A DNA stretch of 63,873 nucleotides, the filler included, from Bonamia ostreae (Eukaryota): the NCBI GenBank assembly GCA_040357525.1. It is 43 parts of 43 records of this genome, joined end to end, with 100 filler letters (N's around TTAATTAATTAA, not from the genome) between each part and the next. Parts side by side here need not be neighbours in the genome. Positions count along the whole stretch, not along the records: positions 50,666 to 52,045 come from JBDODL010001924.1; positions 52,146 to 53,525 come from JBDODL010001925.1; positions 53,626 to 55,004 come from JBDODL010001926.1; positions 55,105 to 56,483 come from JBDODL010001927.1; positions 56,584 to 57,962 come from JBDODL010001928.1; positions 58,063 to 59,440 come from JBDODL010001929.1; positions 59,541 to 60,918 come from JBDODL010001930.1; positions 61,019 to 62,396 come from JBDODL010001931.1; 35 more parts are not named here. One strand, given 5' to 3'. Under the pieces are notes generated by a model. The model did no database searches. It saw nothing but the letters and a program-made list of their open reading frames with translations, and had not been told where the DNA came from. Of the stretch, positions 51,919-63,873 are shown one piece after another. Positions within the stretch are counted from its first letter, which is position 1. Every line of letters starts with the position of its first letter. The position numbers and the translations under genes were made by a program.

Positions 51919-54900
51919 TTTTTAAGCTTAAATCGATAATAATTGGTTTAATAAAATTGATATAATATTTTATGAATCCCCGAATGTTTTTTATTGGATA
52001 ATCCTATAAACATTAATTGGTAAAAATTTCAATGATAATAGCAACNNNNNNNNNNNNNNNNNNNNNNNNNNNNNNNNNNNNNNNNNNNNTTAATTAATTA
52101 ANNNNNNNNNNNNNNNNNNNNNNNNNNNNNNNNNNNNNNNNNNNNACAACAATATTTATCGTCATACACACCTTCAATAAGATCACTTAGATTGCTGACC
52201 ATGTAACAAGATCGAAATAGTAACGTGTTGAGTATATTGGTTTAAAAAATTATGCAGTAACGTGGTAAAATAACGTTTCGATGAAATCATTCACATCGCA
52301 AATTTCCCCGTTTATCAAATTAAAGCCTTCTAAGATATAAGTTGTTCAACTCTTCTTTATATACACATATTTTGTCATAATTATGATATCTTTTCTGTTA
52401 CTTTCGAGATAATAATCTCGTGTTAATAAGATATTTTCTCGTAATTACCCTCGCCCAATATCATTTTTTTAATGACCTGTTATATTTCCCTATTGCCTCT
52501 CTAATTTTATACATGTAACTAATAATAATGGACTCCAGCCCATGGCGTGATTATTTACCCCAAGCTTGAATGTACCCATCTCATTACACGAGAAATAGAT
52601 TATGCTACATACTTTCAAAATGACAATAGATGATTTAAAAACAAATGTAAGACATTTTATTGTCATGTTCAGTGAAATCATGTTTCGCTTTAAACGTAAT
52701 CAAAGTATTCACTCCTGCAAACCTGCATAGGGACATTTACAAATAGTATAGTCTCTTTTAGGTAACCTCGGTCACTCAGTTGACCTATTGATATCTGTTT
52801 TCGTCCATCGTCATGCGTCCTTCATTGTTCGTCATGCGACTATCATACACTGGTAGTACTTTTGAATATTTTCAGTTTCTCCAATGAAACAGCTTAACTA
52901 ATTTCAACCATTATAAAACAATAAGGATCAAAAGGAACAAAACAAGGAGGCATGATGGATGTGGCGAAAAAAAAGTAATCTTCTCTACCTCTAGACATAG
53001 GCAGTAAAGCTATTGGCATCGATTATGATTACCATTGAGCTGTATGGCAAAATGTGGAATTCATGACCATAGGGTTAAAGGTTCATGCTCTAGGGTGGGG
53101 CTAGGTTGATCATATACTGAAAATGCATTATAATTTAGAGATATTTCCCTTTGCATTTGGACACCAAGGAGGCAAAAATTATTGCTTGGTTATGATAAGC
53201 AATGAACCCTTTTTGAAAGCTAGAAATTCATTTGCCCTCCGTTCAGGTGGAGCTGATATGCTCATTTATGGAACTTGCATTATGTTTAAAACTCGACTTT
53301 ACTTTTGGAAATCTAGCAGTTAATCTATTTGTATGATTATAATATTGATCACGTAATGGGCCCTCTTCCCTCTAGCAAACAACAGAAATTCATGGAACCT
53401 TGATTAAGGCCCACGTTGGGGAAAGCCTATCATATATAGAAAATGCATTCCATTTCAGAATTATATTTTGAATTTGTGGACATCGAGCAGAAAAACAAAA
53501 CGTTTGCACAATTATAATTATCGACNNNNNNNNNNNNNNNNNNNNNNNNNNNNNNNNNNNNNNNNNNNNTTAATTAATTAANNNNNNNNNNNNNNNNNNN
53601 NNNNNNNNNNNNNNNNNNNNNNNNNGACTTATAAGATGACGGATTTATTAATATGATTGTCATACTTGCTCAGAAATACACTGACATAGCAATCACTATT
53701 TAGTCATCAATTGCCAAAACTTTGTACTCACGAAAAAACAACTTCTAACTATCGGGCACCATAATAATTTCCCACTGCATTTTTCTATTTATATCATTAA
53801 CATGATAATTTGCTCGATTATTAAATGCATTGAATCAGTTTGTAAAATGAGTAGCAGCTGCATACAAACTTTGTTCCTCGAGTCGGATATGACGTCGCTT
53901 GTAAAATTATGCATATCCGATTCGCAAGATTCGAATTGTGTGCCTTTCAAACTCGAAAACTACGTATTTCATTTAAAACACATTTAATGTCATTTTAGGC
54001 ATGCAGGAAACTCATTTGCTAACAAAATTATAAAGTTTAGTAGCATGTCATATGACCTTTAATGTGTTAAACAAACGCGAGGAAAGTCAATTAGATTTTT
54101 TTGAATTTTAAGATCATTGTTATTTTTTCACAAGTTATCAGAAATTATTGAATATTGAAATTATCATATTCTAAACTCACCTGTCCGTTACGTATTGCCT
54201 CAACATCAATGACTAGCTAGTTACCAGTCAATATAACGGTAGTGAAGTTTATTTGAACCAAGATCCATATAGATTGTGTTTTGAATGTAAGTATATACAT
54301 GTGATCTAACAAGTTAAACATTATTATTCTATTCTGCGTGACAGTGTGCCAATTTGTTTAATTAAATAATAGTTTAAAGGCCTGGAACGTATACAGAGTA
54401 GGATCATATGCACTAGAGTCGTGTAGCACATGTATTACAGTGTAATGAAGCTTTATTGAATTGCTTGGCGGTTCTCTCTTCTTTCTAAAACGGTGACTGA
54501 AACGGTTTGTAAGCACGTACTATGAAGACTATTAAATAACGTTACGAAATGATTCCCAATATCTGAATATCCTTTATGATCTTAATTTACTACAGAAGAC
54601 CGATAAAACATCGTGCTGATAAATGACTCACTGGTCTCATAAATATACTGAAAATAGTTCTTTTGATCATCTATGTACCGTGCATATCTTTGGTTGCATG
54701 CATAATGTTTTGACAACCTACTCGGTCTATATTTACATGTACATCGAGGTTGATATTTGGGTGTTGCTAAAACGCGTGACGAAAAACGAAGCGGAATTTA
54801 AAAATTATAATGATTAATGAAGATAAAATAGCTTCAAATATCGGGGGAAATTTATCCATTTTAATTAAAATCAATGTTTTGGGAATTGTTTACATGCGTA

Positions 54901-55149
54901 AAAATAATTTTATCTTTAAATTTTTCATCATATATTGATTAAGTGATTTATTTTAAAGATTTTTTAAAGCCTTTTAAATTTTCGGCATTGCCAGAGGTGT
55001 TAGCNNNNNNNNNNNNNNNNNNNNNNNNNNNNNNNNNNNNNNNNNNNNTTAATTAATTAANNNNNNNNNNNNNNNNNNNNNNNNNNNNNNNNNNNNNNNN
55101 NNNNAAAATCGATATTTTTTGCAAAATTAAAGAAAAAGAGAATTTTAAG

Positions 55150-56091
55150 AAGAAATTAAGTTGTTCGTTGGACGATTGCAGCGGCGCTTGGTTTCCAGAT
55201 TCCCGATTTTTCGTCGTTGGCTCTACGACCGGATTGTATCTCTACATGACATCCGGCATCTTCAAACGCCGTCTCTTGTCCCACCCGTACATTCTTTCTG
55301 TCTCTGTCACTTGGAACGAAGAGGGCGCGTCCAACCCGTTTCCTTCTCGCGACGACGACCAATCTTTGCAACTACTACTTCCACATCCTCCGAACAAACC
55401 ACTTCCTTTCCCTCCGCAAACAAAACCGCTCGCAAACGATCCAGAAAAGCTCAATTTGCGAATCGCTTTTTGCGATTCTCTCGGCCGTCTCTACTTTTCT
55501 TTCCATCCTTTTCTCAGGTTCGCCCTCGTCGCAGACTTTGGCCGTCTCCTCGGCCACTTTCATCTCACTCCGGAAGGCTGTCTGCGAGTGCACGTCGGGA
55601 GTCAGATCAAGCGATATGACGTTTCCGGGATAACGTCCGCGTTGCTGGAGGAGTCTCACGCTTTCTCCAAACTGCCGTGCGGGGAAAGAGCGGCCGCAGA
55701 AAAGGAGGAAAGGGCTTTGGGCAGAGACGAAGAGTTGGAGATGCCGCGGATGTGGCACTTTAAAGAAGACGGCGATCCTTTTGCGGTCTTCAACGCGTTG
55801 GGCCCGAAGCTCGATTTTTACAGAAAAAGGGGGCGAGTGCGCCTGCTTCAGAGATTCTCCGGCGCCAAACAGGAGAGCCATCGGCTAAGAAGTTGCGAAG
55901 TCGGCGGGCTGATGATCTGCGGCAGCGAAGATTCGCTGATTTATGTTTGGGGAGGCGCGGAGACGGCGGAGATGACTATAGAAGGACATTCTGCGGTGGT
56001 GAATTCGATATTTGGATCTCCGAGCGATAAATCTGTCTTCGCAAGTGCGAGCGATGATGGAACCGTTCGGTTGTGGAGGATATTAATGTAA
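55150..56091 (+). CDS. WD40 protein (WDR26/Gid7-like), last exon
   Basis: AWFPDSRFFVVGS; QRFSGAKQ..LRSC..GSEDSLIYVW; GHSAVVN..FASASDDGTVRLW. Confidence 0.8.
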   Translation, partial: KKLSCSLDDCSGAWFPDSRFFVVGSTTGLYLYMTSGIFKRRLLSHPYILSVSVTWNEEGASNPFPSRDDDQSLQLLLPHPPNKPLPFPPQTKPLANDPEKLNLRIAFCDSLGRLYFSFHPFLRFALVADFGRLLGHFHLTPEGCLRVHVGSQIKRYDVSGITSALLEESHAFSKLPCGERAAAEKEERALGRDEELEMPRMWHFKEDGDPFAVFNALGPKLDFYRKRGRVRLLQRFSGAKQESHRLRSCEVGGLMICGSEDSLIYVWGGAETAEMTIEGHSAVVNSIFGSPSDKSVFASASDDGTVRLWRILM

Positions 56092-57013
56092 AGCGATTTG
56101 CTGTTTTATTTTTTTCGAATCTAAAATTCGATGGACAAATTTTTCCGTTTTTTTAATCAATTTTATCAATTTTCACGTTTTTTCAATTTTTCCGTTTTTT
56201 TATATCAATTTTTACAATTTTCACGTTTTTTTCAATTTTCACGTTTTTTTTCAATTTTTTCGTTTTTTTTACAATTTTTCCATTTTTTCAATTTTTTCCG
56301 CTTTTTTCAATTTTTCCATTTTTTCAATTTTTTCCGCTTTTTTCAATTTTTACAATTTTCACGTTTTTTTTCAATTTTTTCAGTTTGTTTTTTATAATTT
56401 TTCCGTTTTTTTTTACAAGTTTATCATTTTTTTACGCTTTTTTTAATTTTTTCTCTTTTAACGTCTTTTTTTCTATTTTTTGGNNNNNNNNNNNNNNNNN
56501 NNNNNNNNNNNNNNNNNNNNNNNNNNNTTAATTAATTAANNNNNNNNNNNNNNNNNNNNNNNNNNNNNNNNNNNNNNNNNNNNTGTTTTGCATAATGAGC
56601 ATCTTTCCTCTCTTCATCGAGTTGCTGTACAGATACAACCCCAAATTCTTCAACGTCAGAGTTTTATTGTTTTACAACAATTTTGAAATTCTGCTAGACG
56701 GCCGAAGAGCGATATGAAGAATTGGGGATAAGACAACCGAAAATCGAAAAGAAAAGGAAAAAGTACAATTACGAAGACAAGTACTTCAATCTGATTCAGA
56801 GAATGGAAGAAAACGACAAATAAATTTTTTTGTGTTTCAACACTTTTTTATTATAAATTCTAAACCACAAATTCGAAAACATCAAACCATAATTCTAATA
56901 AAATAAACTAATATATCTCCGATTAAAAAGGTTAAATTACAGTTTTTCTAACAATTGGAAGCGGTTTAGTGAAAGTTAATAAACAAAACAACACAGCTCA
57001 ACGACAACAACAA

Positions 57014-57696
57014 ATGGTCAACGTTCTCAGCAAAATGAGTTCTTCGAAGAAACGTGTTTTTGGGTTTCGCCAAGAAAGCGATGTGTCCTCGCCCACGAAA
57101 GCGATCGCCACTCCGCTCGAAAATCTGAAAGTTTTGTACAGAGAAACCATTCTCCCCTTGGAAACGGCGTTCAAAGTTTTGTTGTTGATGCCATTTTTGA
57201 AAAGTTCCCAAAATTTCATTCGCCATCTTTGACCGATACGGATTTGGACGCGAAACCGATTGTGCTTTGTCTGGGCCAATATTCGACGGGGAAAACCACC
57301 TTTGTCAAATATCTCATTGAAAGAGACTTCCCCGGTCTCAGAATAGGCCCGGAACCGACAACTGACCGCTTTGTGGCGGTGATGCACGGTTCGTACGAAA
57401 AAGTTATTCCCGGCAACGCCGCCGCCGGTTTTTAATCGAGATTAAAATAGCTCAGAAAGACAAGCCATTCAGCGCACTTAAAAATTTTGGAATGTCGTTT
57501 TTGAACAAATTTGAATGTGTCGAATTGGATTCGCCAATTCTAAAGAATTTGACTCTCGTCGATACGCCCGGAGTACTGGCCGGAACTGAACAGACGAGGG
57601 AACGCTCATATAACTTTCCTGAGATTATCAGGTGGTTTGCTGAAAGAGCGGACCGCATTTTGTTGTTCTTTGACGCCAATAAGCTTGACATAAGCG
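57014..57696 (+). CDS. EHD: EH-domain (EHD/RME-1) ATPase, 5' part
   Basis: Introns 57176-57204 and 57428-57450; FHSPSL..LGQYSTGKTTF..IGPEPTTD..DTPGVL..WFAERADRILLFFDANKLDIS. Confidence 0.95.
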
Positions 57697-57699
57697 GTT

Positions 57700-57962
57700 T
57701 TAGGCATCGCAATAAAATTTTTGACATTTTTAAGAATGGCTGTTTGGCTATTTTTAGATATTTCAAAAATTGCAATATTTTTTAATGTTGCGATTAATGG
57801 CTTTTTTTATAAATTTTTGACATTTTTAAGAATGGCTGTTTGACCATTTTCAGATATTTCAAAAATTGCAATATTTTTTAATGTTGCGATTAATGGCTTT
57901 TTTTTAAAAATTTTTGACATTTTTAAGAATGGCTGTTTGACCATTTTCAGATATTTCAAAAA
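57700..57962. repeat. Intronic tandem repeat, ~96-97-bp unit
   Basis: TTTTGACATTTTTAAGAATGGCTGTTT occurs three times after the donor at 57697. Confidence 0.9.
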
Positions 57963-58416
57963 NNNNNNNNNNNNNNNNNNNNNNNNNNNNNNNNNNNNNN
58001 NNNNNNTTAATTAATTAANNNNNNNNNNNNNNNNNNNNNNNNNNNNNNNNNNNNNNNNNNNNCGAGGTCATCCACCGCACAGCCGTAGCATGCCCGGAGA
58101 CAATGGGGGTGATGTGCGCCGATATAAGGACTCCAGCAGTTTTATTCATCTTGTTAACTGATCAACGATTTCTAGACGAAAGAAATATAGGAAATAAGAA
58201 AATCAGAAAGGAAAGTAATGATACGTCAAACTCTTAAATCATGAAGTGTACTTTTAAAAATATGATTAATCTGGGGTGTTCTAAACAAGAAATATTTGAT
58301 ATACAATGCTAAATTACATAAAATATATGGCTTAACGTCATAAAACATCGTTAAACAATATGTCATTACAGGTGAAATGTAAATCGTGAACTTTTACCAA
58401 AGGTAATGAAGCATAC

Positions 58417-58572
58417 CAGTATTTCTGATGCGTTGTTTAAAGCGTCTTGTATTTCGTTAATGGAAAACAGTTGCATACAACCATGAACTTGACACGTCAT
58501 CTTTCTGTTTTGCTCGATGTGTTCCAAGCAACGGTTACACAATAAATGACGACATTTAACTTTGCAAACAGC
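58417..58572 (-). CDS. Host-type exon with a RING-like motif
   Basis: TTGCAG acceptor, GTATGC donor; CRHLLCNRCL..CQVHGC. Confidence 0.6.
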
Positions 58573-59788
58573 CTGCAATGATATGTACAATGTAAGGAAT
58601 GAAATAATTTTAAAATCACGTAGCACTACACGTATAATGTAGCATAAACGTATAAATTTTCTTTGAATTTCACAAACATAGTATGACTTGGTGCCTGAAA
58701 GTGTACATACGTAAGGACGTATCCAGTTGATAAGGCTTACACAACTGAATAATTATTCACAACAAACAGGACAACACCAAACATTTTCGACAAAGTACTT
58801 GCGCCACGAACCACCAAAAATGACAAAATCGTAGATTTTAATCATTGTTTTTATGCGAAAATGCTCCTTAGGAAGTTGACTTTCATAATACGGTGATATT
58901 TGATGAATTACAGGTTGCTATAGTTTCATATAGAGCTCTGAAGTATAAGATGTTTAATACCCCTGAAGCCATTTCACAGTACTTAAATGATCAAACACAA
59001 CATGCAATAGTCTTACTGAAGAAAAATATGATGAATTTGAATGCATGATGATAGTTTAGATACTGAATCTGCTCAAAAGATAAATATTAAAAATCAGTCT
59101 CATATTTAAAAACGAAACAAATTAGAAATCGTTCTCCATGACAACAGTTTCAAAACAATACATGTCAATTACATTATATTAAAAAAAAACAACCAAATGT
59201 TTACACATAGAAAGGGTGACATCTTGCACTTGATTAGTAGTTTATCGGTAAATCGTTTATGCCAGCGACTAAAAGCCCTCGGCATCTTTTAGCAATTCTT
59301 TAGTCTGAACGGAAATCCTATCAACCTTCATACAAGCTGCAAACAGAATCTGATATACAACCACTGCGTCGCTTTACGTCACAATCCGTCGTCCCATCAG
59401 ACATATATTTTCAGCTGAATGACAAATGTAATCCAGGGAGNNNNNNNNNNNNNNNNNNNNNNNNNNNNNNNNNNNNNNNNNNNNTTAATTAATTAANNNN
59501 NNNNNNNNNNNNNNNNNNNNNNNNNNNNNNNNNNNNNNNNCATTTCGAGTTGAAAAAGACTTGATGTCAACATATTGAATTAAAAAAGTAAAAATCGATG
59601 ATTTTAAATCACAAATAAAAAAGATTTTACGAAAAAAGTTTTGTTACAACACATAAAACTTAAAACATTATTAATTTATAGAAACCTGAAAACAAAACAT
59701 GAAACTATTAATTTTTAAACGTTTTTCTTTGAGAATCAACATTAAAAACAGTAAAATTAACCGGAATAAAATAATTTTAAAAAATTAA

Positions 59789-60478
59789 ATGGATAATCAA
59801 ACAATCATTTACTTCACAATATTCCCCCTGTCGATCTTGATATCACTGGCAATCATTACAAAATTAACACTAATCAAAAAAAGGTCCAATGATCAAAATT
59901 TGTCAGAAAATTATTCGAGAAACTTTTATTTTCCTACTATTTTACTTGTTTTTGGCATTTTCGGTTTGCTAATCACATTGGTAATTCATTTTATTTCAAC
60001 CAAATACAAAACAAACTTTTTTTATATTGCGATGAACACGATGATTTTGCCATCTTGGATTTATTTGGCTGCCTTCGATTTTATTTTATACGGCCAATAT
60101 ATTATCGGCGTAGTCATTTTAGTTTTTAATTGCGCTTTTCAAGCCATTTGGTTACCTTTGTTGTTTTTATGGATTAAAAATCAGATCATAATTGATCCCA
60201 AAACAGTTTCAGAACGTTTTGCGTTGGTTTCGTTTGTCTTATTACTATTTACAGCTTTTGCGCTTACATTAACCAAAGATAAATGTTCTCTTATGCCATT
60301 TTTGATATTTTTGTCTTTGTGCTCCTTAGCTATTTTGGAAATTTTCTATTACTTTTATACCGGAAAAGATCGTCTATTGATTTTTGTTACTGATTGTTTT
60401 ATTTGGCAGGTGGGCATGAATTTTGTCGTGTTATGGGAGAAAAGAGCAAGAAACAAAGAGACGCTCTTGTATTATTAA
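59789..60478 (+). CDS. Intronless multi-pass (~7 TM) membrane protein, unknown family
   Basis: 229-aa ATG-to-TAA ORF with about seven hydrophobic segments. Confidence 0.7.
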   Translation: MDNQTIIYFTIFPLSILISLAIITKLTLIKKRSNDQNLSENYSRNFYFPTILLVFGIFGLLITLVIHFISTKYKTNFFYIAMNTMILPSWIYLAAFDFILYGQYIIGVVILVFNCAFQAIWLPLLFLWIKNQIIIDPKTVSERFALVSFVLLLFTAFALTLTKDKCSLMPFLIFLSLCSLAILEIFYYFYTGKDRLLIFVTDCFIWQVGMNFVVLWEKRARNKETLLYY

Positions 60479-63400
60479 ACAATCATTGCTATTTTAAAAA
60501 CTAACCAATGCAATCACTCCATTTTATACAAAATGTAGGTTGATATAAATATATTTTATAAAATTTCTAAAAACGGCATTTGCCTTGGCGAGTGTAACAA
60601 TGTAAAAATATATATTTTTATCAATCATTCCAGGAGAGCAATTATTGCGCATGATTGTTTAAACCAGAAAATAAACGTAAAATATAAATTCTAAACAGGT
60701 TCCACTTTTAAACAAAGATAAAGATAATAACGATCAACATTTAAACGAAGAACAATAGAGACAAAAGTTTTTTAAATGCAGTTAGATATAACAAACAAGA
60801 TCGAAAATAAACGATTTGTGTGAATTCACCAAAAAGAAATATTAAACAAAAAAATTTAATAAAGAAGCCTTCTCGAATCATCGTAGACAAGACGGAGAAT
60901 TTTATAAATTTAATTTTANNNNNNNNNNNNNNNNNNNNNNNNNNNNNNNNNNNNNNNNNNNNTTAATTAATTAANNNNNNNNNNNNNNNNNNNNNNNNNN
61001 NNNNNNNNNNNNNNNNNNATATGACTGAATAATTCTTAGCTCTCTGATTGGATGAAATAATACCACATTATGCTAACCAGCATGTGACATTTCAAATGAA
61101 CATAAGCATTTTTATACATTGGACAAAAAATAGGTCGGAAAACTCCATATAAATATGAATAGATCTGAAAAGTAACTTCACCGTTTAATTCACTGCAAGT
61201 TCCACTCCATTCAAGTCAACATAAGTTTATTTAAGTTTTCTAATTTATCATAATATCAAGACACATGTATCTTATAAGTATTATGATAAGTATCGTATCC
61301 CCGCAATTCCTACATACCTTTCCACTCCTACTTGTGAATGTTATGATTATAGAACAATTAAATTCAATTTTCATTACCAAATAGATACCACCAAATTATG
61401 ACTACACATGACTCAGCTGTTCTTGATAATTATTTTTCAATACCACTCTGAGTTACACTTTAATATCCTAAATAAGTGGTTACACCCCACTCCTAGCTAT
61501 TATGATATGACAAATTCTACACTATCTGATGATGCTTCCATTAAAACTTATCATAGCTTTGATTTTTTTTTTTTGATTTTAAGAACATTATCACTGCTGA
61601 GTGTCTTGACAGAACAAAAAAAAATTTACGAAACCAAAAGTAATTTAATATGACTTAATGTGACTAATCTGACAGAGTTTGGTCTTGAACTATGGGTGCT
61701 AGATTTGTGCGGTGACTTTTAAAATATATTCATTAAAAACTTATGTAAGACAAATTTCCCTATAGACATCACCATATTTTTTTCCTTAATATATAATCTA
61801 CAATACCAGACAAAGTTTCCATATCTATTTGGCGAATCAAAGCTTTACTGTTTTTGACATCAACATTGTAACCACATCCTACCACATGGGTAATGATCTG
61901 AACAAACTTGAATCTACGCTAAGTAAGGAAACCTTCGATATGTTGGCTCGATGAACGATGAGAAGAACCACCAAATTTTTACTTATTCTTGGTTCAAATC
62001 CCCCTGAAAAAGGCAAGGTCCCTCATGTTTAACAAACTTGAACAATCTTCACCCAAGGACACAGTTTACGGATGGACCAACAGACAGATTATTGACAAAA
62101 ATATGATCAGATAAGCTAAATATTGTATTATTTGCTACAAATTTGAATAGACTTTAACAGGGCCAACAATATTTTAAAGACAATCAAAGATATATCTATA
62201 AACAGATGTTCACGGTAATCTCAGAGTGAATGATATTGTAAATTATTTTAGAATAAGTGATATAAATCAAAATATATGATTTAATCATTATGACATTCGT
62301 ATTATATAGCATATATATAATAATTGCAGTGATCCTTCTGATGAAGGAAATTCCTCCCTTATTTTGTGTTTAATATAAAAAACTTTTCTCCCTAATNNNN
62401 NNNNNNNNNNNNNNNNNNNNNNNNNNNNNNNNNNNNNNNNTTAATTAATTAANNNNNNNNNNNNNNNNNNNNNNNNNNNNNNNNNNNNNNNNNNNNGTCG
62501 CTAAACATAGGTCTAACGTTTGGTACTTCACCTACAGCTGGTGGCGTTCCATAATGAGTGAAAATTATCGATGGGGCGTAAAACAAATAAACAATCAATA
62601 ATAAAGACGATATTCACTGGGCAACTTAGCGGACCAGTATATGTTCGCACATGACTTGGATGTACATGTAAGTAAAGCACATTTACATTGTCAATATTAG
62701 GGAGATGACAATTTCCGGTACATATTTTAATCCCCTACGATTGCAAAAAAAAATTACAGCTCAAAAACTAAACTCAGTGCTCGTTTTACCTGTTTCTGGT
62801 ATTTTGTGACCCAGCTCTTCATGCTCTGAAACTATAAAAATTAAAAACTAACCAAAAGATACAAACTAGTTAAAGATGTAAATCCACCAAACTTTGCAAG
62901 CTTTGGATTCAAAGCCTAGTATATTGTAACAACAACATAGAGTAAACTTATCAACTTTAAATGTGAAATTTACCTTTTTTCTTCTTGCATCTCAAACAGC
63001 GAGAACACAGAGCAAACAGGATAATTGATAGAGGAATGAGCAGCAAAAGGAACCCCAAATAATGAAGGTTGTAAGGAGAGGAAGGTACTGGCAATCCAAA
63101 ACCCTCGTTGGATCTAAATTTAGTAGGAAAAGAAGTGATGATAACAAACAACGATGAATCATTTTATCTCCATAACGAATACAGTTTTAGAGTAGGACAA
63201 ACACGAACCCCTGGAATACCAAAAGTAGAGTCAAGTGAACACCCCCTATTGACCAATCATACCCACCATACATCATCTATCCTGATCATAGAAACTGAGT
63301 AATCTGTAGTCAGAACCAGTGTGTAAACCATGGCCAAATCACTGGGAGGAAGTACGTCATACAGTGCTCAAGCTAATGATAGGTTACATGTGCAAATACA

Positions 63401-63873
63401 TGGATGAGCATTGTAACAACCATGAAATATGCTTAGAGCTTACTTTAAAGAAAAATATCGAAATCATTGTAATATTACCTTATTTGTCAGTATCTTTCCT
63501 TGATATGAATTGAAATTAATCATACGAAGACTATGCTTTCGCAATCGACACTTGAGGTCAAAACTGGACCAAATATACACAAGGCACGCGCGACGGTGAA
63601 TAAGAGGACATTGTTTGAACTAAGCGGAACATACCATACATGAAAATCAGAGATTGTCAAATCAAGTTTGTGTTCATTTACGTTTTTCAAAGTTACAAGG
63701 TAAAATATACAATAAATACATTTTCTAAAAACAAACCACATGTATTCAACAGGATTAATATATCTCGTTCGAGTTAATAATGAGAGATTCTTTCAAAGAT
63801 ATATCATATGACCAAATATATGTATTAGAATATTTCTAAGATTTGAATTGTACTGATGACACAATAGTCAAAC

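Overview
This is not contiguous genome. It is 43 unplaced contigs, sorted by length (1399 down to ~1377 bp) and joined by an artificial 100-bp spacer (N44-TTAATTAATTAA-N44, stops in all six frames). Two eukaryotic sources are mixed. (1) A gene-dense, very AT-rich protist with mitochondrial genes, tiny 19-29 nt introns with an unusual GTTT...AAAG signature, and longer introns filled with tandem repeats. (2) Gene-poor animal (mollusc-like) DNA with GTRAG/YAG introns, shared dispersed repeats and a BEL/Pao remnant. My inference, not proven, is an oyster parasite such as the haplosporidian Bonamia plus host DNA. Hand-splicing recovers about 25 recognisable protist genes that the ORF track fragments. 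The strongest novelty candidates are: an ADD chromatin-reader domain fused to a putative glycosyltransferase-like domain; the inverted-polarity intron grammar; a U6-like fragment followed by a structured Sm-site RNA; a SHI/STY-like zinc-finger protein; a degenerate XPD; and an in-frame TGA in a Sushi gene of an organism whose recovered genes all end in TAA. All family assignments are motif recognition by eye; no searches were run.
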